Positions 9,508 to 17,005 of a DNA stretch of 64,000 nt are shown here, one piece after another. This stretch comes from an uncultured Eubacteriales bacterium (GTDB taxonomy: Bacteria > Bacillota > Clostridia > Oscillospirales > Acutalibacteraceae), in assembly GCA_934486755.1 (NCBI GenBank), contig CAKSQT010000001.1, forward strand, positions 2,226 through 66,225, written 5' to 3'. Position 1 is the stretch's first letter. Each line of letters starts with the position of its first letter. The notes below the pieces were generated by a model. The model worked only from the letters and a program-made list of their open reading frames with translations, made no database searches and was not told the origin of the DNA. The position numbers and the translations under genes were made by a program.

Positions 9508-9545
9508 CACAATTGCAAAATAAGAAGTAAAACTTGCAAAAAGCG
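9508..9545. promoter_or_regulatory. paired ATTGCAAAA boxes (direct repeat, 21-bp spacing) - candidate operator of the adjacent AraC-family regulator
   Basis: cacaATTGCAAAAtaagaagtaaaacTTGCAAAAAgcg shares a nearly identical 38-bp arrangement with 11129-11166. It sits in the promoter region of cassette 1. Confidence 0.45.
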
Positions 9546-9567
9546 ATATCTTTCGCGTTTGTGCAAA

Positions 9568-9600
9568 TATAATAAAAAAGACCGGCTTAAAAGTCGGTCT
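9568..9600 (-). terminator. rho-independent terminator downstream of the GH gene
   Basis: Hairpin agaccggc-ttaaaa-gtcggtct (9579-9600). On the minus-strand RNA it is followed by CUUUUUUAU. Confidence 0.6.
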
Positions 9601-9613
9601 AAAATTAATTATA

Positions 9614-10987
9614 TTATACTTTAATTGTTATTTCGCTGTTTCCGTCTTTATTAAAATCAAGGATATGCTCCGATTTCCTTCCGTTTATTTCAATTGTGAT
9701 TTTATACTTGCCGAAAAATCCTTTGAAATCAAGCTCGCTGCCCTTTGCAAAATCCGAGGTGTGCCACTCATTATGTATAAGGTCGTACACTGCTTTGTAC
9801 GCAGGCTTTAATGTAAAATCGTTTCGCATAAATCCGCCGTAGTAAAAATTTTCGCCTTGGGTCATATCAAGTATCGGTCCCAAATACCCCTCAACTAAAT
9901 TCCAATAAACTATTGCTTCCATGTTGGGATGTGAAAACCAGATTTTATAGAGGTTTTTGATTATCTCTGCCTGTACTTCCTCATCATCCGCCTCATTTGA
10001 ATAAGACGGTATTGTTATTTCAGTTATTTGCATAGGTAAATTGAAATCGCTGTAAGTATCAAGAACCTCATAAATAAATTTTGGGTTGTAGAACTTCTCC
10101 GCCATTTTCATTTCATCCTCACGCTTATAGAAGAAATGATACTGCATTCCTATGGTGTCAATCGGTGTTCCATGTTCAAGCTCCTGTTTTATCTGCATAT
10201 AATAACTGCTTCTTGTATGAAGATAATGCTCCCATACAGTCTCGTGATTATCATTGATAATAAGCTCGTTGTTCGGGAAATACTTTCTTGCGGTCTTGAA
10301 CGACCAATTAACAAAATCGGGTTCAAAGAAGAATTTTGTCTGACCGAACGGATGCGGGTACAACACAAGGGTTTCGTTAGTAACTTCCCATTCTTTTATA
10401 TCTTTTGCAAAATATTCGGAACATTCCCTCATTCTGTCTTCAAGCGCTTGCTTTACCCCGTCAACGGTTTTTAATTCCTTTACCCATTGCGCGTCCCATC
10501 CGTCATAATTAAGACAGTGCGCTTTGGCTTTGATATCATTCTCCTTGCAGAATTTAATACACTCGCTTATGGGAGGACGCCTGTGGATATGCGGTTCATC
10601 CTTAAAATAACGTTTTTTCGCTTTTTCAGGCTCATTATCGCCCCAATAGAATGGTAAAACGGCGAGGTTAAATAAGTCCGAAAAATATTTCCTGTATAGT
10701 TCGTTTTTCTCCGCATAATCAGGCAAAATAGGAAGGTCGCCGTATTTTTGGGGGTCAATATTTGCCCAGTCGCCGAGCGTATCGAGCATAAATACGTTTG
10801 CGCCGAAATCGAAGGAGTGTTTTTTAAGTTCAACCGATATTTCGGCATCAACAGGATTACCGACATCATCGGTTACTTTGATTTTGAAATTCCCCTTGCG
10901 GTACTTTTCTATTCCCTCGTTTACACGTGCGTCCATATAATCCTTGTATTTTTCAAAATATTTTAATACTGCTTTGCGATTGCTCAT
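9614..10987 (-). CDS. cytoplasmic glycoside hydrolase, clan GH-A TIM-barrel (GH10-like motifs)
   Basis: 457 aa with no signal peptide. 'EWEVTNETL' resembles the GH-A acid/base NE(P) motif and 'MQITEITIPS' resembles the nucleophile TEL/ITE motif. The exact family is not certain from sequence alone. Confidence 0.5.
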   Translation of the reverse strand: MSNRKAVLKYFEKYKDYMDARVNEGIEKYRKGNFKIKVTDDVGNPVDAEISVELKKHSFDFGANVFMLDTLGDWANIDPQKYGDLPILPDYAEKNELYRKYFSDLFNLAVLPFYWGDNEPEKAKKRYFKDEPHIHRRPPISECIKFCKENDIKAKAHCLNYDGWDAQWVKELKTVDGVKQALEDRMRECSEYFAKDIKEWEVTNETLVLYPHPFGQTKFFFEPDFVNWSFKTARKYFPNNELIINDNHETVWEHYLHTRSSYYMQIKQELEHGTPIDTIGMQYHFFYKREDEMKMAEKFYNPKFIYEVLDTYSDFNLPMQITEITIPSYSNEADDEEVQAEIIKNLYKIWFSHPNMEAIVYWNLVEGYLGPILDMTQGENFYYGGFMRNDFTLKPAYKAVYDLIHNEWHTSDFAKGSELDFKGFFGKYKITIEINGRKSEHILDFNKDGNSEITIKV

Positions 10988-11007
10988 AATTCTTCCCCTC
11001 TTATACC

Positions 11008-11024
11008 AAAAATTGCAAAAATAG
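11008..11024. promoter_or_regulatory. single ATTGCAAAA box (aaaaattgcaaaaatag) immediately upstream of the GH gene RBS
   Basis: Located 21-37 nt upstream of the ATG at 10987, just 5' of the RBS AGAGGGGAAG on the minus-strand transcript. Confidence 0.35.
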
Positions 11025-11128
11025 TTTTAATTTTACAGCATATTTTAAAGGTAATTCTGCCGTTTTATACAGTAAAAATATAACAATATACCCTTATCGC
11101 TCATATATTATCCTATTATTATAAAAAA

Positions 11129-11166
11129 CACAATTGCAAAATGAGAAATAACTATTGCAAAAAGCG
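11129..11166. promoter_or_regulatory. paired ATTGCAAAA boxes (21-bp spacing) in the divergent araC-like/GH promoter region
   Basis: cacaATTGCAAAAtgagaaataactaTTGCAAAAAgcg lies 45-80 nt upstream of the probable TTG start (11212) of the AraC-family gene. Confidence 0.45.
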
Positions 11167-11976
11167 TCTTATTGTGTTAGTATACATTCGGAATTTATTC
11201 AAGGAGGGTTTGTTTTGCAGCAATATCTCGATCTTACAACGGTTCCAACCTATATGTTTGCGGGTTTCAGAAAGTTTTCGCCCTACGAGCGCCATATAAA
11301 CCGAGTCTCGTCTGAAAACGTGCTGTTGCTGATACTTAACGGCACATTGACATTTAAAGAGGACGGAAAAGAGGTTACATTAAATAAAGGCGAATATTAC
11401 ATACAAAAATCGGGCGGTTTGCAGGAGGGACACAAAGCAAGTCTTGAACCCTACTACTTTTTCATACATTTTACAGGCACAGTAAACGCAAATCCCGACG
11501 GCATACCGATACGCGGCACATTTTCAACAGGTGAATTTATGCCGCTGATAAACAGTTTAAATCAGTCGATTATTGACGCAAAGGGCAATAATTTCAAAAA
11601 GACATTTTTATTTATGCAAATTATTAATAATTTAATTCCGGTTAAGCACAGCACCTCTGACAAATTAGTTGACCTTATGAAAGAAATTATGGAAAAAAAT
11701 TATTCGCAAGACTTTCTTATAGAAAATCTTGCGAACCAACTTAATTATTCTAAGGATTACATAATTAAAAAATTCAAGAAAACGGCAGGTATAACCCCGC
11801 ACCAATACTTAACGCGGCTGAGAATATCAAAGGCTAAAAACCTATTGATCTCCTCCGAAAAAACACTTGAAGAAATTTGCTCGGAGTGCGGATTTACCGA
11901 CATTTCGACCTTTCACCGCAATTTTGCAAAGGAATCGGGAACCACACCCCACAAATTCAGGTCAAAAAATCTGTAA
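11155..11976 (+). CDS. AraC/XylS-family transcriptional regulator (probable start TTG at 11212 after AAGGAGGG)
   Basis: C-terminal dual HTH region 'DYIIKKFKKTAGITPHQYLTRLRISKAKNLL..TLEEICSECGFTDISTFHRNFAKESGTTPHKFR' is classical AraC-type. The N-terminal domain is consistent with a cupin-like effector domain. Confidence 0.85.
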   Translation: MQKASYCVSIHSEFIQGGFVLQQYLDLTTVPTYMFAGFRKFSPYERHINRVSSENVLLLILNGTLTFKEDGKEVTLNKGEYYIQKSGGLQEGHKASLEPYYFFIHFTGTVNANPDGIPIRGTFSTGEFMPLINSLNQSIIDAKGNNFKKTFLFMQIINNLIPVKHSTSDKLVDLMKEIMEKNYSQDFLIENLANQLNYSKDYIIKKFKKTAGITPHQYLTRLRISKAKNLLISSEKTLEEICSECGFTDISTFHRNFAKESGTTPHKFRSKNL

Positions 11977-12001
11977 CACTGCCGTTTTATCCGCGTCCTA
12001 A

Positions 12002-12190
12002 TCAACCTTTACCCCACGCGGCGTCGAAGGAGATGGCTATTTGCTTTTTGTCGGTTTCCACACAATATATCGGCAGCTTGCGGTCGTTGCCAGCAAACGT
12101 GACCGCCGAGCCGACGACCGTCGCCGTTATTGCCAATACGAGCGCCAGACACAGCATTATCTGCTTTTTAGTTATTATAAAAAATTTCAT
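12002..12190 (-). pseudogene. N-terminal remnant of a polysaccharide deacetylase (NodB-type) gene
   Basis: 62-aa ORF with signal peptide + 'KKQIAISFDAAWGKG' resembling the PdaA-type 'KkiALTFDDGWG' start of the NodB domain. It stops immediately (TGA at 12002-12004). No continuation exists in any frame because the convergent araC-like gene occupies the rest. Confidence 0.3.
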
Positions 12191-12352
12191 TGTTATACCA
12201 CCTTTCAGCCTATTTGAAGATATGTATAACGGCTTGTATATTATTCGTGATAAATTTAGGCTGACGAGGGTTGAACCCTCGTCAGCCTAAATTGTTTGTG
12301 ACTAATGCAGTTTTAGGCAAGTTTGGTGTCAACGCTTGCCGTAATAGTAAGG

Positions 12353-12769
12353 CTATTTTATAGTGGGACCGAAATTGTCGGGATTTGTGTCGATTATATT
12401 GCTTGACGATTCGGAGCTTGACGGCGCGGTTGACGGGGTTTTGGAGCTGTCCTCGCTCTTTTCGCCGCTGTTTCCGCTTGAAATTGTTTTGCTTTGGGAG
12501 TCGGCTGAGGTGTTGCCTGTTTTGCCGCTGTTTTGAGCCTTTGAACCGCTTTTTGAGGCGGTTTTGCCGTCCTTTTTATCATTATTTTTGCTGTCGCTTT
12601 CCGCTTTGCTTTCGTCTGCCGCGGTGCCGCTTTCCTGCGAGACAGAATCTGACGGTGCGGAGGACGAAGACGGTGCGGTTTTTGACGAATTATTATCGGC
12701 TTTTTTCTTACAGCCGACGAGCGCCGCAAGGGCTATGATACACAATAAAATCGCTGTTATTCTTTTCAT
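12353..12769 (-). CDS. Ser/Lys-rich low-complexity lipoprotein with conserved C-terminal 'IIDTNPDNFGPTIK' motif
   Basis: 138 aa with a lipobox (LAALVGCKKK). The body is disordered and S/K/D-rich. Its last 14 residues are almost identical to the C-terminus of the 43-aa small ORF at 16346-16477. Confidence 0.6.
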   Translation of the reverse strand: MKRITAILLCIIALAALVGCKKKADNNSSKTAPSSSSAPSDSVSQESGTAADESKAESDSKNNDKKDGKTASKSGSKAQNSGKTGNTSADSQSKTISSGNSGEKSEDSSKTPSTAPSSSESSSNIIDTNPDNFGPTIK

Positions 12770-12807
12770 TTTAGCACCTCTATGTAGGGAAAATATTATT
12801 GCCGTTT

Positions 12808-12835
12808 CAGCTCCCCTCTTAAAAGAGGAGAGCTG
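12808..12835. other. stem-loop (10/11 bp) between small ORF and lipoprotein gene; possible attenuator/weak terminator
   Basis: cagctcccctc-ttaaaa-gaggagagctg. No clear U-tract follows on the minus-strand transcript. Confidence 0.3.
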
Positions 12836-12869
12836 ACGGTATTGTTATATTTTGATGTTGTATTGGTTT

Positions 12870-13001
12870 TTAATCATCAAAGTCATAATCTTCCCGATTG
12901 GTTGAACTGTTGTAAATCTCATCAACTCCGACTTCGAGAGAAATATTTTCTTTCTGCCTTATCGCTTCAAATTCCAAAACGGGTGTTGTATATTTCTTCA
13001 T
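12870..13001 (-). CDS. small ORF, 43 aa (MKKYTTPVLEFEAIRQKENISLEVGVDEIYNSSTNREDYDFDD), translationally coupled to the 3' end of the 1103-aa gene
   Basis: ATG at 12999-13001 is preceded by AAGGAGG 7 nt upstream. This RBS overlaps the TAA stop of the upstream gene (13014-13016). It shares an N-terminal 'PV(L/I)EF' motif and identical length with the small ORF at 16346-16477. It is absent from the ORF track because it is under 60 aa. Confidence 0.45.
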   Translation of the reverse strand: MKKYTTPVLEFEAIRQKENISLEVGVDEIYNSSTNREDYDFDD

Positions 13002-13013
13002 AACAGTTCCTCC

Positions 13014-16000
13014 TTACTCGGTTATTCCAAGACAGGTGTAAACATCATTTTTGATGGTTGTAATATCTGTCTTTGTTGAGTCAAGCGCGTTCTCGGCGGT
13101 GTAAGCCGTTATCTGTCCTTGGGTTACATAGTAAGCCGCGGTCTTGCGGAGCGCCTTGTTGCGTGACATTGTGATTTCGTTCGATTCTACCGTATAACCG
13201 CCGAGCTTAACATAGAGCTTGGTGTGTACGGAAATCCTTGACGCGTCAAGGGTCGGGTCAACATTTGTTCCCGATATAACCACGCCGAAGGTTGAGGCGT
13301 TCTCAGCGGCGTTTACCGTCTTTATATCGGCGGCAGTAGGAACCTTTTTCGCCCAAACCTGTGCGCCTATCTCGATTATCGGGAGGAGCGCGTCAATCTT
13401 GTTGGCGGCTATATTTATATCCTCGTTGTTTATTAAAACCGATTTGCCGAGATTGGCGGCATAATTTTCGGTTGTGATGGCTTTATACGCGATAGAATCT
13501 TTAACCGCAACCGAGCCCGAGAACGAGAGCGCGCCCTTGGCGGTATCGCCGAGATAGATATTTGCGCCTTCGTCTGCAAATACGGTGTTCTTTGCAAGCT
13601 GTCCTTCGGTATAATACTTAAAGTCGGCTATTTTGAGTGTTCCGTTGTTTGCATAGAAGTACGGACGGAAATCGCTCATATCGCCTACTGAGTAGGTGCG
13701 TTTTACCGAGGAGAATACTACGCGGTCAGAATTATCGTTGCTGTAAATGTAAATATCCATTGTAACGGCAACCTTACCTGCAACTGAATAGTCAAACTTC
13801 ATATCAAGTGTCGTCCAATAGGTGTTATTGTACGCGTTTGATTTAAGCGCTTTGTTCATAGTGCCGTTTTCGTTGTATGCCTGACCCGATCCGATAAAGA
13901 ATTCATTGCCCTGTACGGCAAAAGCGCCGTTGTTAAGAGTCGCTGTTTTATGTGCAACCCCTTCAAGGAACAAACCGAAGCCGCCCTTTTCGGCAACAGT
14001 CTTATCGCCTGCGAACATTATATACTGATTGGTACCAATACCGCTGTAAGTAACGGACATATAGGCGGGTTTTGTGCCCTTAGGCCATACAGCCTCTGTA
14101 AGAGTTGCTTCATCGCCCGAATTTAGTAAAAGTGTATTTTTCTTGGAAAGGCTGGTCAGATTTTTGTCGAACGACGGGGTTACAACGCCGCCTATCCAAT
14201 TTTTCTCGGACTTTGAAGCGTCGCTGAAATCGTCAGACACAAAGGTTGCAGACGTTGCAGCCGAAAGAACGTTCTTAATTTCGGCAGATACACGCTCCGC
14301 CGCCTTAGTATCGAGCTTTTCAAGTTCCGCCTTAGCGGTTACAAAATCAGCGCTGTCGGCAGTTATAGCGGAATATTTAAGGTTAAATTCATCAGCAGCC
14401 GCCTGTGCGGTTTGAACACCCATTGCTTTTATGTTTATTGTGCTGTTTGACGCCAGCGTGAACGCAACATTCGCGGGTTCGTCATCGGTCAGTTTATAGG
14501 TCTTGTATACGGTTGACTTATAAGTATCGTCGGTTTTATCATAAACACTGCCTTCAACCACACCCGCCGAATAAAGAACGTTTTTACCGCTGAATGTAGC
14601 AGTTGTTTTAACCGTCAGTTTTTTAGAAGCCGAATACTGTGACCAGTCATAATCAAACTCAAACTTGACCCAACCGTTTTGAGGTGTTTTGGTTGCGGAA
14701 ATATTCCACAGACCCATACGGTTATCGGCACCTCTGCCTTTCAAATTGTTTCCGTATTCGCACGCAAAGGTTTTGGCGTTGCCTTCATATTCAGCAACCC
14801 AGCAGAGATACCCAGACTCATAAGCGCCGGTATCACCCTTTGCGGTCAGGCAGGTAGAATTACCTCTTACGGGATAAAATTTAACAGTTGTAGCACCTGC
14901 GGGATACTGCCAGGTTACTTCCGAATGAGTAATGGGTGTACCGTCGGTTGAAGCAAACTCGGCGTTGCCCGTATATGTAACAAACGTATCAGCGTCGGTA
15001 ACAGTAGCCGCGGTACTTGCAAAATAGTTATCACGTATCCACTTGCTTTGCGAGAAATCAACCGAACGCGAGGTTTTGATATTTGCCAAAACGTCAGCGG
15101 ATTTTGCATCTATCAATGCTTTAAGGGCGGTTATTTCGCTGTCAGATTGTACTAACGGGGTGAACGCGTTATAGGCGTCTACCGCCTTTGCGAAGGTAAT
15201 TAAATCGTCCTCTGTCATAGAGTCAACAGACTTGTTAAGTACCGCCGCATAAGCGTTTTTATACGCCGCAACCTTTTCGGGAACCGAAAGGGACTCTATT
15301 TTCGCGTCTACCGCGTTAAGGAAAGCCAATACGTCGGCGCCGTTATCGGCGTTAAGAACCGCCTTAACATCATTACTAAGGGTTGCATAGGCTTCGCGCG
15401 CGGCAACCGAATTATCGGTATCGTCAGCGGTTACATCTTCGCTGTTTTTGGTGAACAACTCGTTTAAATCAAGATATTTGAGCGCTTCATCAGCATAGGA
15501 AGTAACGTTAAAGTTGTCAACATAAATCTTACCCGTAACCGCTACACCACTATTACCAGCTGTGGCAAACATAGGGGTCAGGGTTTCAACATCGAGATTA
15601 TAATCGCTAAGTTTATATGATATAGTAGCGTTAGCCTCGGCATCGCCTGTGGCGGTATACGTTGAGCCGCCGACACTAACCTCTGTACCAACTGTATATA
15701 ATGCCGTTCCCTTTGTAGTTACGGTTATTGTAACCGCGGTATCGGTATATTTAAAGTTGAAATCATAATGAACATTTTTGCTCGGGTCAATTTCAGCATA
15801 GTTTGAGTCTGTACTGTTAAGATACCCAAATCCGCAGTATTTTTCGTTAGTGTTTCCGACAGTTCCGTTTACAAGCGATATCTTTTTAACAAGCAACGCC
15901 CCGTCCTGATAGTTCATCTGGGTGCCGATAGCGTTACCGTTTTTGTCTTTAAGGAAGAAATATCCGAAGTTATACCCTGCTAAGGCTCCACCTGTCATAT

Positions 16001-16325
16001 CAAAAGCGGCGGTTATGGGTTTGTTCCCTGTCGGCCACTGTTTAACCGTTGCCGTAGCCAATTTACCCCTCAGATCATCGGACAAACAGAGAGCATAATC
16101 ATCTGCATTTTCAGAAGCGGGGCTTTGAATCATTGTATGACTGCCAACGTCGTTATAATCAAAAACGGCGTTTGCTTCATCAATACCGTCAAGCGTTGTA
16201 CTCTTGAATACATTAAATTTCGCGACGGAAACGCCCGCGTTATCGGCGAAAACAACCGACGACACGCAGGTTAAGACCATTGCGAGTGCCAGAAATAGTG
16301 AAAGTAGTTTTTTCTTTGTACGCAT
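13014..16325 (-). CDS. large secreted multidomain protein (signal peptide; about three copies of a novel 'W-x-x-G-N/T-K-P' beta-rich domain; helical linker regions); no dockerin, no obvious anchor
   Basis: 1103 aa with N-terminal MRTKKKLLSLFLALAMVLTCVSSVVFA and a strong RBS AGGAGG. N-terminal module 'KQWPTGNKP..GYFFLKDKNGNAIG..TLTPMFATAGNSG' is homologous to the N-terminal module of the 1825-aa dockerin protein (KWWCGGNKP..GYFFLTDKNGNAVG..TLVPMFRSTGS). A further copy sits near aa 740 (WPKGTKP...). Confidence 0.7.
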   Translation of the reverse strand: MRTKKKLLSLFLALAMVLTCVSSVVFADNAGVSVAKFNVFKSTTLDGIDEANAVFDYNDVGSHTMIQSPASENADDYALCLSDDLRGKLATATVKQWPTGNKPITAAFDMTGGALAGYNFGYFFLKDKNGNAIGTQMNYQDGALLVKKISLVNGTVGNTNEKYCGFGYLNSTDSNYAEIDPSKNVHYDFNFKYTDTAVTITVTTKGTALYTVGTEVSVGGSTYTATGDAEANATISYKLSDYNLDVETLTPMFATAGNSGVAVTGKIYVDNFNVTSYADEALKYLDLNELFTKNSEDVTADDTDNSVAAREAYATLSNDVKAVLNADNGADVLAFLNAVDAKIESLSVPEKVAAYKNAYAAVLNKSVDSMTEDDLITFAKAVDAYNAFTPLVQSDSEITALKALIDAKSADVLANIKTSRSVDFSQSKWIRDNYFASTAATVTDADTFVTYTGNAEFASTDGTPITHSEVTWQYPAGATTVKFYPVRGNSTCLTAKGDTGAYESGYLCWVAEYEGNAKTFACEYGNNLKGRGADNRMGLWNISATKTPQNGWVKFEFDYDWSQYSASKKLTVKTTATFSGKNVLYSAGVVEGSVYDKTDDTYKSTVYKTYKLTDDEPANVAFTLASNSTINIKAMGVQTAQAAADEFNLKYSAITADSADFVTAKAELEKLDTKAAERVSAEIKNVLSAATSATFVSDDFSDASKSEKNWIGGVVTPSFDKNLTSLSKKNTLLLNSGDEATLTEAVWPKGTKPAYMSVTYSGIGTNQYIMFAGDKTVAEKGGFGLFLEGVAHKTATLNNGAFAVQGNEFFIGSGQAYNENGTMNKALKSNAYNNTYWTTLDMKFDYSVAGKVAVTMDIYIYSNDNSDRVVFSSVKRTYSVGDMSDFRPYFYANNGTLKIADFKYYTEGQLAKNTVFADEGANIYLGDTAKGALSFSGSVAVKDSIAYKAITTENYAANLGKSVLINNEDINIAANKIDALLPIIEIGAQVWAKKVPTAADIKTVNAAENASTFGVVISGTNVDPTLDASRISVHTKLYVKLGGYTVESNEITMSRNKALRKTAAYYVTQGQITAYTAENALDSTKTDITTIKNDVYTCLGITE

Positions 16326-16345
16326 TTATAAACCTCCTAAAAATT

Positions 16346-16477
16346 TTACTTGATAACGGGACCGAAATTATCGGGATCAGTGTCAATAAAACCGTTATCC
16401 GTCTGCGAAGTCAGATCTGCCAAAGTATCGTTAGGGCAACGTTCCGTAAATTCAATGACAGGTTTCATATACCGCAT
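16346..16477 (-). CDS. small ORF, 43 aa (MRYMKPVIEFTERCPNDTLADLTSQTDNGFIDTDPDNFGPVIK) immediately upstream of the 1103-aa gene
   Basis: Minus-strand frame with ATG at 16475-16477 (or 16466-16468) and TAA at 16346-16348. AAAGGCGG lies 7 nt upstream. The C-terminal 'IDTDPDNFGPVIK' is near-identical to the lipoprotein 12353-12769 C-terminus (the DNA is also about 80% identical over 45 nt). The N-terminal 'KPVIEFTE' resembles 'TPVLEFEA' of the 12870-13001 ORF. Confidence 0.45.
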   Translation of the reverse strand: MRYMKPVIEFTERCPNDTLADLTSQTDNGFIDTDPDNFGPVIK

Positions 16478-16600
16478 TTTTCAGCCGCCTTTCAAGATTT
16501 TTTTGAAAGATTATACCAACCTTTCTACAAATAAATTATAAGATATGCACATAGTCTGCAAAAGTATAAAAAAATTGATAATCATATATTTTTTTGACAA

Positions 16601-17005
16601 ATTAGATTTTAGATAGTAGATATTAGATATTAGACGCCGGTGTGCTTCGCACCCGTAATAATTCGCAATGCGTAATGCGTAATTCGCAATTCGTAATTAA
16701 TATAATCCATTTAACGGGATAAAAAATTAGTGTTTAGCGAAAAAATAAGATTGATATACCTGCCTCCCTCTGACGAGGGAGGTGGATTTTTGCGCAAGCA
16801 AAAAGACGGAGGGAGAGACAAATTCCGCATAAAAACACGGTTTTTTCTCTCCCTCAGTCAACTTCGTTGACAGCTCCCTCGTCAGAGGGCGCCAACAAAT
16901 TTTTCAATTTTATCTTCGCTAAACTCTAATTTATATCCGCGCGGAGCGCACATTTGTCTAATATCTAACGTCTAAAATCTAACATCTAATTTCTAATGTC
17001 TGATA
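16601..17005. repeat. MITE-like structured repeat element, copy 1 (core about 16724-16934 with 15-bp TIR AATTAGTGTTTAGC/GCTAAACTCTAATT; flanked by inverted 7-bp tandem arrays and GC clamps)
   Basis: The core is about 93% identical to 55253-55444. It contains five hairpins. H1 is 16763-16782 (CCTCCCTC-TGAC-GAGGGAGG). H2 is 16787-16804 (TTTTTGC-GCAA-GCAAAAA, a GNRA loop). H3 is 16805-16859 (13-bp stem). H4 is 16857-16871 (GTCAAC-TTC-GTTGAC). H5 is 16873-16892, the inverse of H1. Heptamer arrays TTAGAYA x5 (16601-16635) and AATKCGY x5 (16656-16700) lie on the left. An inverted TCTAAYR x7 array (16957-17005) on the right overlaps the last 5 codons and stop of the HK gene. Confidence 0.6.

Noticed and set aside
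12385-12738. Overlapping ORFs (117 aa plus strand; 111 aa minus alternative frame) over the lipoprotein gene
   Set aside because: Artefacts of the repetitive Ser/Lys-rich coding sequence. Only the frame with lipobox + conserved C-terminal tag is credible.
16763-16782. Hammerhead-ribozyme-like core: the element hairpins contain CUGACGAG (matches CUGANGA)
   Set aside because: The GA of this motif is part of the H1 stem itself. No GAAA element or correctly placed stems II/III and UH cleavage site follow. The match is explained by the palindromic CCTCCCTC-TGAC-GAGGGAGG hairpin.
16601-17005. CRISPR array (short tandem repeats)
   Set aside because: The repeats are 7-bp units directly abutting each other with no spacers, and no cas genes are nearby. 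This is microsatellite/iteron-like, not CRISPR.
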